A stretch of 64,000 nt of DNA from Tubiluchus corallicola. Its lineage: Eukaryota; Animalia; Priapulida. Below the pieces are notes generated by a model that had not been told where the DNA came from, ran no database searches, and saw only the letters and a program-made list of their open reading frames with translations. The position numbers were made by a program, and so were the translations under genes. Below are positions 10,986 through 23,200 of this stretch, one piece after another (within the stretch, counting starts at the first letter, position 1; each line of letters opens with the position of its first letter). The stretch is from positions 1 to 64,000 of the forward strand of contig JAQGDQ010000073.1 in NCBI GenBank assembly GCA_030141605.1, read 5' to 3'.

Positions 10986-13900
10986 ATCTCAATTCAAGAA
11001 AGGTGGACATTTTTTTACGACATTTTGTTGGCCTTGACACTTTTCAAAATAAAATATGTTATTGTTTGTGCAAGTGTTGCTAGAATGTAAACTAGTGTGA
11101 GCACTCATCCTATCACTGTTACCGAGCTTGATAATGTATGAAACTGTTTAAGTACTTTCAGTCTGATTCATCATTTTTAATAGGCCTTTTTTCTTTGTGT
11201 ATTTATGTATAGGCTTAGTTGTTTTCTTATAATGAGGTCTGGGCTGAAAAAATGTGCAGAGCTGATATTCTGTTAAAAGGCCACATACATGCATTGTAGT
11301 TTATTTTTTATGGAATTGGTTTGTGTATTCCATATGGTACATAAAAAATTCAATGCCTTTTTATTTGTCCTACGCCTGTTTTATGCACTTATTTTTATGG
11401 GCCAGGTTCAGGAAATTTTTGTGCTGACCTAGCAATGATCTGTAGCTGAGACCTGGTTGCCACATTTTAGGAAAACACTTCCCAGGGTCAGTATCCGTTA
11501 AGCTGAGTTTGCGTAAATCTCGAGGGCGGATCCATGATTGTGTTTTTACCAGCAAGAGTTCGCTTGTTTATTTTAAAATTAACAATTTTTTCATCGGCAT
11601 TGTACGTTGTAGGCAAAACTAGTATTTAGCATATCACAGTATAATTATATTGTTTAGCTTTCATTGTTTTGATTTGAATTGCTAACGTTTTTTCTGATAG
11701 ATACGGCTTCTTTCGGCCTAGTTCACCCAACAACTTGTTTACTTGTGTGAAGTAAAGTTCAGATAGATGTACAATCTGGCTTCATTTTGAATGACTTCCT
11801 TATTTTTGAGGGAAATAAATATTTTTGTACATATGGTTCTGACTGTTGATCTACGTTTCGATAACTAGTGCATTTTTAGCAGGCTTGCTTACTGCTGCAC
11901 TTATGGATTTACAGGCATTTTATTAGATACTGCTTGTTTGCTAACAATAAAAGCGATATTTAGTTGTGCTGTATATAAGTGTATATAGTTTAATGCACAA
12001 ACAGTGTATAGTGCACTTTAAGCTTGCATTCTTGCAATAGGAATTCCTCGAGAACTAGGTTATTTTGTACATCTGTCCCCTATACATTAGTAATTTGGAT
12101 TAGTTCCATGAACTTATAATACTAAATTCCAATATGTAGCTGTCACTAAGTCTTGTAATTCACTAAGGGTATTTAGTCTCTTCTTTGTTTTACATTGATG
12201 TTATTAGGACATACAGTATTTATTATATAACTGAAAGATTTAGTTTCTTACTTGTTTGATTTTCGTATGACCACACCCATATCGAGAGTTAGTCAGTCCA
12301 AGGCTTTATACTAGTATGAGCCAGTTTTGGCTGATGGGTTACTAAGTACGCAAGCTGGTTATTATACATTTAGCTTTTTAGTTTTGTTTATTATGAACAA
12401 ATTGTGCATATATTTGTTGTTAGTTTTTATGTTTCTTGACATTATTTTCGATCTGAGAGTAAAATCTGTTATACCTTGTTTTTAGATCTTTATTTTCTTA
12501 ACTGTAACTAGCATTATGCTGTAGTTATCTATTTGGAAGTATAATATATAGCAACGTTATAATATTAATAACTAGACTCAAAGGTATCTTTTTCTAGCAC
12601 TATTGCTTATATTTATGTTAGTTTTGGTAGCATGTTTAATTTTCTGTAGAGCAGAATTATTGCAGTTTAAGCACAAAATTACATATGGTGTAAGCAAGGT
12701 ATTAAAGTTCTGTATACCATTCTTAAGTTTCTGTAAGATTTACCACAAATTCGTATAAATGTACATTGTAAAATAATCCAGAGGCAGAACAAACTTTTTA
12801 TAACCTTAAAAGTAATCTAGCATTCCTTTTGATTAGTATTTGTGATTTGCTATTAATAATGAAAATTTAAAGGTATGTTTAAATTGACCATGTATGATCA
12901 ATGATCGTTAGTGAAAAGTGTGCTGAAATGGCTTCATTTCATTAAAATAAAGAATGAAGTTGCTGATTATGTTGTGACAGTTTTGACAATTTAGGGAAAT
13001 ATGCTTTAGTGACACTGATTGAGTTTTAATAATGTGCGAGGAATTTTTGGTAGGTTATCAATGATTCGTATTTCATTGTGAAGTACAGGTTTATGATACA
13101 AGTTGTATTTAAGTTATGTTAATAAATTACAATATGAGTACTGCATAGCAGCTTGCGATTTAGGTCTCGGCTTAATTTTGTAGTACAATGGATACAAGAT
13201 TATCCGGTTATTAGTAAAACTAAAAAAACGGCAATGCTTTAAATTATGATCAAGATTAAAAACAGTTCATGTACTGAGTTGTTTACCATCATCGCAGATT
13301 CAACAAAATGTTTACACAAATGCAAATAATCTAACTGTCCAAATACAAACTCCATTTCTAGCCAAACAAACCAGATGGCTAATGCATATAATAGTACCCA
13401 CTATATCCATTGTAAAATGTTGATTTTAGTGCATGCATATGTATGATGTCTGTAAATATAACATGCATATGTATGACTAACAGTACATTCTCCCATAAAT
13501 GTGTTTTGAGGAAAGTAATTTGATTAAGAGATTGATATTGCATTACTTGACTTGAAATACTCGTGGTTTTGTCTGATTTTATCAAAAATGTAACTTGCAA
13601 GAAAATCACTCGTGTCAAGTAATGCTAATAGCATAAAATCTCAATGTACAATCTTCTCTGTGTATATTCTTTGACCTGATATCTCAGCTGTTACAGTGAC
13701 TGACGAGCACATTGGACATGTTTAGTTCAAGTCCTGTTTGGGACTAAATTTTTATTGCTTTGCCTGCTAATGACTTTTACTGAAAAGTAGTAATCTGGTA
13801 ATGCACACCTAAAAGCAAAAACTCGCATTTACAGTTCGTATGAATTCAAAAAAAGTATAATTTACAGCATTCCCAAAAAACTGTTCACTACAATTTTTGT

Positions 13901-14282
13901 ACATGATATTGAATAAAGAGCAAACAATAAAATTAATGGTGATAAGTTATAATGATAAAAAATATTCAAAAACACCATAATTAAGAACTAATTAACAGCA
14001 TAACACATGAACTGACATACAACTATCAACACAACCTTTTTGATAAAAATGGAAAATGTGAAGATCTTGCAAGGTGATGTTAATGAATGAATAATGACCA
14101 ACTGTAAAACAACAAAAATGATACAAAACAAAATCTTGCAGCTATTGTTCTCAAAAATTTAAAAACACATTATATTAATATCTATAAAACAATGCTTGCA
14201 ATAGAAAAATTAGAGGCCACCATGAAAAACAGCAGTCTACAAATTCCTGTACATGGTTATCTCTGAAAATGTTCCTTAGAAA

Positions 14283-17200
14283 TTACAAATTGTGCGTAAC
14301 ATAATGTAGTCTTTCCTTCAGCATGTAGGTGGAGACACTGTCCAGTACCCACTCTCTGTGTACTACGGGAACACCAAACTTTTGATATAGTGCTGAAAAG
14401 CAAATTTACAAACTATAGGGATAGATTCAAAATGCAGAGCCGTTCACTACTCACATGTGGTCACATATCGTCACACACAACACTAAATTTGGCTGTTTTG
14501 TATTTAACTTACATACATTTGTACTAAATGAACATCCTATAATAACCCAAACAAGAGGTCAGGCATTTGAAATATTGTTTTGTGATCCAGAAATACTTAT
14601 CTTTAACCAAGCAAAAATAGTTTCCTGTCCTCCCAGTCACTATGTTGCTAAATAAATATACTTTAAATACTAAAATAGCAGTGTCTTATAAAAACAATGC
14701 ATGTCCTTACTATACTCTACCCTGCCGTAAACGTGCCAGGGTGTAGTGAAAGCTCCACCAGCAGTTATTCTTTTCTTTACATATTTGTGAGTGTACTACG
14801 TGCATTTACAGGTATTATTTGCACAGGGATTTTTTGCATATTAACAGCTTAGAATACAATATCATCGAAAACACAATTGTGATGCATTTAGATCTTAGCA
14901 ATGATTAAGAAGTTACATTACTTTTCTTCATTATTTAATACTGTACATAAAAATACTTCTACACTACTGTATGTGTTAGTAGGATTTGCAGTTTGCTATT
15001 GCAATTGAAAAGTGTCTATGCCTGATGATGTGAATAAATATGTAGCAGAAATACACTGTACAAGAGATTGGTTCACAAATGCAGTTGGAATAAGACTAAT
15101 TTGATGAATGATTGTTTTACCAGAGTTCTCTTGATTGTCGTCGCTGTTCTTCTCTACTATAATCACAGGTGTCAGACTGGCATATTCCTTGAGAATCTCC
15201 GGTAATTCTACTACAGTTGCACCACAGTACCGCAGCAATTCACACAGCTGATCTGCAAATAGTTTGATATTCAGAAGATAGTCAGACTAATTATAATAAC
15301 AGAAGCGACAATCGGAAAACAATCACTCATAATTGCAAAAAGTAAAAATCTCGAAAACGAAAGGGGTTTGAGTGAGTTAAAGAATGAAGTGTATAAAATG
15401 GTATTTCTGGTGCCACATGATGTATGCGTATATTGTATATTTCAAAATAATTTGCTAAAGATAATTTTGGTAAAAACAACTGAATTGTAATTTTTAGTGA
15501 AATCATGCCAGCCATGTTAGGTAAAGCTGAAAAATAAAAATGAAGATGACATTTTGGTGAAAAAAAATGAAAATTAGTATTCCCAATGCTTGTTCTAATG
15601 AAAGTTTTCTGTGCTTTTTTCATACAACGATAGAAATTGAAGTGCCAAGGTCCCCGTAAAAACTATTTTTACTATAATTTTGTCATTAGTCAAGACAGTA
15701 TGTAACCACAAAATCTATCCAGCCATTTTCAACTTTTTCTGAGATGCTGCATCTTACATTTTACTTTGTTTATATAATTAGAGGGAGCTTGTCGAGTACT
15801 CACATTTTTTGGATTATACTTATCAGGAAAATTTTTGTATCCGCATACTCAATTTGAATAATTCACTTCTCTAAGAAACATTCGAATATTAGCTTGCTAC
15901 CACTATAGATGTGTATCATGAATGTGGACAGCTATTGAACATGTTGCCGCAAAAACCTAGGGCCGGTTTCAGAAAGCTGTCACTAAGCCATTGACGTCAT
16001 TATTACGTTCATTTAACTATTAATAACGACATCATCAAATTAGCGATGGCTTGTGAAACTGGGCCCTGCGTTTGATCTTCAACAAGAACAATCTTTAAAC
16101 ACAGTTCTCTTTATTTGTGTTAGATTCAGGTATTTATGATCAGATATTTACACAAACCTTGGACAGACAGTTTGCACATGAGTAGTAGAAATCATGGGCC
16201 AGGTGCTAGAAAATATGAACTGAGTCACTTGGGTTATAAACTGCACTTGTTAGTAAAACACCGAGGAATTCAGCATTAAAATTATATTAAACAATTAAAA
16301 GACAAATTTTACCTCTGGGCAACATAGTAGTGAACGAACCAAAACAGTAGGCCACAATATTCTCCATCAACAAAGTAGTGGTTTGACGTGCTCGCTCTGG
16401 ACCGTAGTGGCTCCGCCCGTTCATAGTATCTCCACGTATTTCGTAGTCGACCTACAAGAGTTTAAACATTTGTATTTACAGTCACACTTTATAGAAATAT
16501 CAATTGTCAAGTATTGATTTTCAGGCAATGATAGGATGTCTTGGAGCTGAACCGCAACTCTAAGAAAATGGCTTTTTTGTAAATCACGGAAAATGATTAG
16601 TTCCCAAACTCCAGAAGATGACTAATGTGCCGCTAGCAAATTTAAAAAGCTATAGTCTTCTGCTAATAAACTTTTTCAGAGCTGTCTGAGCTTAGAAATA
16701 GGTTCCAAATCTTTTCGCGAATCGCGGAAAATGATTAGTTCCCAAACTCCAGAAGACGACTAATATGCTACTAGCAAATTTTAATGAACTAATGATGTTG
16801 AGTAAGTTGCAAAGCAAATTTAAAAAGCCATAGTCTTCTGCTAATAAATTTTTTCAGATCTGTCTTAGCTCTGAAATAGATTCTGAATCTGAGTAATTGG
16901 CCTTAACAGTGAGGCAGAGTTCTAAAATCTTGAATTAGAGGACTTTACTGTCTAATTAGAACATAGAATACTAAGTTTCAGAATACTGTTTTCATTGTTG
17001 AAATTTATCAGGTGCAGGCCCTTTGAACAAATATGCTTTTACCTGATATCGGCAGGTAATTTCAAGCATTGAACGAAATTGGCATTGACAGGAGCATAAT
17101 AAAAAAATCAGCTGCCTCATTCATCAGATTATAGAGTACAGATGTACACCAAAAGCTATGAGATACGCGGCATTATGCACCACGCGTTAAAAAGTTGCAA

Positions 17201-20200
17201 AAGCCAAAAATGCAAATTTCATGAACAAGTCTACAACAGTAACAATTGGTTAATACATTATTGTACGTATAGAATATTCAAACATTGCACCGAGCTACTT
17301 ACACACTGAAAATTCTCGGAATTTGCAAAATGAATTAGATTTGTTATTTCTCGTCAGTGAGTTTACAGTAGGATTTTTAATCAGTGAAATATCTTTATGA
17401 AATAATAATTTCTTACAACAGATTTCATGTTGTACTGACCTCTGATAACAGTCTGCCGACACTCAAAGAATCCTCCACCCACTGACATGAAACAACCCAC
17501 CTGCGAGCTGCAATACCTTGAAAGTATTTGAGAGTTCTGTCACAAACTCGATCCTCATCTATATAAAAAAAAACTGCAAATGCTAAATTCTGACAACTTA
17601 CTACATATATATATATATATCATTTTTATTTGAAATCGTGGTACAGTTATATCAAATAAACAAACAAATTAACAAGTAAAATAACATTAATTAAGAAAAC
17701 TAGTAAGCAACGTGAATATGCAATTAAGTGAGAGTAAGATATGTTAATATGGCACACAACTCATTCCTGTCAAAAAAATCAAAACATTTACATTCTAGAG
17801 CCCATATAACTTCTTTAATGAAATTTTACAATTTGTATTTGTCCTTTACTAACATAACTACTTACATCTGATGTACAGGAAAGAACTTCAGAAAAAAATT
17901 TCCATTTGTGTAAAAAGTTTTGTTCTCGTTACAGATAGATAAATTATAACTCATTGTAGAAGATGCTTGAAATCGAGAATTGTAAAGAAATTAAGAAAGT
18001 AAGTGAACAATAGGTTACAATAACATTGTGTGTGAATACTATAAAAATGTAAACTGACCAAGAAGAAATTTAATTGACGAAAATTTTTTATAAAAAGTAA
18101 TACGTAAATAAATCACAAATTTACCTTTTAGTTGCTAAATTTGAAACTTTCATGATTACCATAAATTATCGCAATATAAACAACGATTATATAAACAAAA
18201 TAGGTTGTATTCGCATCGGAACATGGCTGTCGCATCGTAGAGTACTATCCTCGATAATGAACTGCAGGCTGGTCCTGCCACAATAATTCAACATTAAAAA
18301 AGAAGTCCTGCAGCTGACTTTGGTATTGTAAAACTGACCTAAAATTATCACATAATTACAATAAATAACTATTAATGCTGTTTCAAAGACTGTTATCTCA
18401 CCAGCTTTAATAATTACGTGAGTAGTTGCCAGGGTAAACTTTGGCACAATTTCTGCTCCGATTCTCTCTGCAAATGCTCGCACAGTAAGCTGCAAGGAAA
18501 ATATGTTTCATTTCAGACACAGAAACACGGGCATGCTACTTTACTCAATGTTACAGTTAAATTTTAACACCTATTAAAGTCAAACGTTAAAAACCTACAA
18601 GTGTGAAACTTCACTCAACACATATTTTCAATGTAGTGCAGCAATACTTGAACTGTTAAACTTAGCAGACCAGTAAGTTATCCAAACTTGTATAAAATTG
18701 TCTACCATAATTCAGCCTGTGAGGGAAATCTAAAAGTAATAGCCTATTTAAGTTTTTTCATAAATAAATTGAAATAAGTAAAAATGAACTTACAGCCTGT
18801 TTCTTCATTAAGCCGGAGGTGACAAACACAAAACGAGGTTGACTTTTCTCAAAATCCTTGCAATACTGCACTTGTGAAGCAGTGCACCTCTTTCCACTTT
18901 GAGAAGCTTGTATTAGACTGGCTGGTTCAATGTGTCCTTGAACAACATTTTCTTTATTTGCTACAAATGCTACAGTTGTTTTCTGTCCAGGTGTCATTAA
19001 AACTCTTTTCTCAGAAAGGGGTGAAATTCTCCAGATATTCATCAAGTGTGGGGAACTGGAACTAACAGTGCTGCTATAATTTTCATGTTGTTTCAAGACA
19101 TTGGTCGCAGGCGTATTTACAACCAAAGGTGATTTGCTTTTCTGCAAACATGTTGTTTTAATACCTGCAGGAGTACTAGAGCCATGGAGTTGAATTCCAG
19201 GCGAGATAATTTGTTTAAATTGTGGAACTGCCCTTGGACTACTATTTGGTAGATATGGTGAACTTAGGCCGATTTCTGTTGTAGAGAATCGTTTTTCTAA
19301 TGCCTTGAGTTTGCCATTAGACGAACTCTCCATCAGGTCTTGCTCCTGTAATGTACTAGCTCCTGGTGAAGGATCTGGGACAGGATTTTGCCCAGAGATC
19401 GCTGAAGACAAATCAGGTATCAGTTGGTATGACTGCTGTTCTGAAACCAGTGGAGTTTGTGCATGTCCATCTGCATCTGAACTTTGTCGTTTTTCATTAA
19501 TAACAGCAGTCTCAAGTTTTACATGTGATAATGTTTCAGCTGGCGATGGCTTGATTATTTGTTTGTTCAAAGCCCTTCCTAGGGTGAACGCCAATGGCGA
19601 ATCATTTAAGTGGCAGGACTGCTTCTCTGACCTGTTCGGTAAAGATAAACGATGATGAATGGAGGGCGACATTGCTGCTTTAACACTTGAAACAGATGTG
19701 TGGCGATACTGCTCTGTACGATCATCAGCAGTACTGGATTTCAATGTAAAACTTCCTTGTTGGAAATTTTCTCCTGTGGACTTACAACGAGGTGACCATT
19801 CACCTGTGTCACTGACCCTGCCTGGAGATTGTTTTACAAGTGGATGAGTTTCTTTTTTTTCCACAATCTCAACAAACTGAGAATCTGTTAAGTTATAAGG
19901 GTCATCCTGCCGTTGACTGAAGTCTTTTCTTTTATCGGCAGCACCCTTATTGTTTTCATCTGTTTGAGGAAGTGTGTTTTCTTTCAGCGACTCTGCACCA
20001 CTATTCTTCCATGGAGACAAGGCTATATCTTCCAGTTCTGTCTGTTCTTCCAAAGCATCTGTCAACTCTTTATCACTAGAGGTTATGGTTTCTTGTGTGG
20101 TCTCAACTTCTGCTGCATTTTCCTTTTCTTTACTTTCTCTAAACTCACTTACTAGAGAAGTCGTGAAGCCATTACCTTGCTTATGAGCTCCTTTCTTTTT

Positions 20201-23200
20201 GGTTCCTGTAATAACTTTCTTAGGAGTCTCTGCCACGTAGTGGAAATCAGGGGTTGCTGACTTCATGACTGAGCTGGTGGACCTGTGCTTTCCTTCAAAT
20301 GAAAAGTCAGGTGCATTTGGCTCTATGTCCACATCAGTCAGCAAACGAAGAGCTGTAGAAGCTGGAAACTCATGAACAGGAGAATTTACAAACAAATCGA
20401 CTTCGGTGGCAATGACTTCATCTGCATTATTACCAGTTTTATCATTATCAACATTGTCTCCGGCAACTGCATCTACATCAGTCATGTCTGCATCACACAA
20501 TTCAGGTTCACCATCATCAAAGTCCAGCCCCTTCAAGAGCTCTTCAGAATCTTCTTCGCTTGAATTGCTACAATTAAGCTCCACTTTTGAAGGAACATTT
20601 GCAGTCTGCAGAGCATCGTGAAGATCATGGTTTTCTGTAGATGACATTTTTTCAAGGCTTACATCTTGGTGAAAGTTAGACAGATGATCAGTTTCAAAGC
20701 CATAATGATCATTGTCTTTGGCATTTGCAGCAGCAAGATCATCATCTACAATTTCGTCACCTTCAGTAAAATAACTTGTGGACAGAACACATTCATTTAG
20801 GTTTTTTACGGACTCACTACTTTTATTCTCTCTCATAAAAAGATGGCCGTCTAATGCTTCACATAAGACTTTCTGACTTTCTGGACCTTTTTCAAGAAAG
20901 TCATTCATTGGACTACAGTCGTTAAGTTTGCTTTCCTCAGAGATTACAGCAGCAAGTTCAGCATCCGTCATATCATCGTTTTTATCAAGATTTGCAACAG
21001 ATGTATTAGCACTGATCTTCGAATTAGAATTCGTATGCAGATCAGGATCTTTAATGTGCAATGTCCGGTGTTGGGAAATTTTGCTTTCAGAAACAGTAAC
21101 AGCAGCAAGGATATGGTTGCTTAGATTACCATTGCCATTTATGATACTATTGTTCACAACTTTGCAATCACTGGTACCACTATTAATAGTGTTCTTTTCA
21201 TTTTCCCTACGATTTTCGCCATATTCAGTAACCAAAATATCATCATTGTTATTAAATTTGTGCTTTACATCACACCGTGTTTGTAGTTCAGTGCCTGCAA
21301 TACTACTGGCATCAGAAAGATTGCTATCAAGTGTGGCAGGACTTTCAAGTTTTACAGGTGAGATAAAATTCATGTCCAATATGCAAACTGGATTAATGTT
21401 CGACTCCTTGGATTCGTTTTTTTGGAGACGTGAGCATATGCTATTAACATGAGTTTCAGCAAGCTTAGCATTGATATCTGTTTCCGGAACACTGTCGCCA
21501 AATTCTGCATCACATATATCATGATCATGCAAATTATCTGCCATTAGCTCAATGCTATTTGCCTTTTCAAATGCAATAACCTGCTTTCTATCATCCGACT
21601 TCTGAGAACTGTTATCACTTTTCTGTTTTTTGGTCTTCTCCTCTGTGTGGTTGCAGTGAGATGTAAATTCAAAGCTAGAACCATCTTTTAGATCACTTTT
21701 ACAGGCATTTTGATTTTTAGTTTCATTATCAAAAGTGATATTTTTTCCTAATGAAGATGGATGATGTACCGTTTCTTTAGTTTCCTCTGAAGCTACACTG
21801 TCACCAAACCTAGTTTTGATAGTCTGCTCATTGTGAAGAATAGGTTCATCAACAGTTTTGCTGATTTTCTTAATCTGTCTGCTAGGGTCATTTGCATCAG
21901 CGTCACATTGATATTTACTTTGCAACTGCTCTTGAAGCAAGTGTATTTGGGCTTGCAGTAAAGTGATTTGTGCTTTTAAAGCCTGCTTTTCTGGATCGTC
22001 TGTACTCAGAACTTTTGGAACTATCAAATCCTGTTCTTTGGAACAAATTTCCATTTCTTCATCACATTCACCGAAAAATGGAATTAACTTTTTACTAGAA
22101 GACTGTTTCGAAACTGATGTCAGGTTGTTCATAGCAGTGCCACTATACTTATCACTCTTGTCTTCCAAATTGAAACCCATTGATTCCAACTGTTGCGGGC
22201 AAGAAAGTTCCTCGACCAAGAAAATTGGCTGCTTTCCTGAACCCTCTTGATCTGTATTTTTTAAATTTTCCTGTTCAATTTTTACTATTTCTCCTGAAGA
22301 GAGTGTTTGGATGATTCTGCATGAAGGCTCTTCTAGAACTATTTCATGGTGTATTTGTTCACTTGCTGTGCTGTTAATACCATCATCTATGTATGGGGTA
22401 GTGAGAGCATTTTCTTCAGCATTATCACAGACAAAAGCATCAGCCTCGTCATCATTAATAGTCGGTACTTCTTGTTCTTTTTTACACTTTGGAGTGCTTT
22501 TAAGTTTGCTGCTTCCGTGGTCTTCAAAATTGAGTTTTTTAGGTGTTGGCACCCCGGTGACATCAGCTTGAATGTTTGCAAAGATTCGAGCCATCATTTC
22601 TGGTGTGTCTAGAACATTTGCTGGTTTAAGCAGAGATGACGAGTCTGTGTCTTCATTTTCAAATCCAGTGTTACTTTTGGCAACATCAACTTGAGCTGCT
22701 GTAAAAAAATTCCAAAGAAAAAATAAAAAAAGTGGAAATGTTAACAAAATGTAATAATCGTGCTGATAAAGCAGAACAGAAAATGTAATAAAAGCTAAAC
22801 AAAGCAAACTGTTATTCTAAAATTATTACGAAACTGTGCAAGTCATAGAGAGCCTCTCGTAAAAAACTGTCGGTTTTAGTGCGACTCCTTTATAGTTTTT
22901 CATAATGCAGTAGGTCTTATATTTTTTCAAAAAGCTATGTCTACAAATACATAACTTGCTAATAAACACAGTGACCTTAACTAACCTTTATGGGCACCAA
23001 GCTGTAGCCGCGTACGCTTTGGGTCAGAACGTTGAGCTCGAGGAGTAAATGAGACTTCTAGAGGAGACTTTTTTCTGCAGCTAATGTTGATGTTGTTGTT
23101 TTTTCGAGACGAAAATGAGCAAGTACTACTTGGCGTAGCTAGGTTTTTCCTGATAAAAAAACATTTTCGTGTTACTGACAATCTTACATGTTAGATAATA

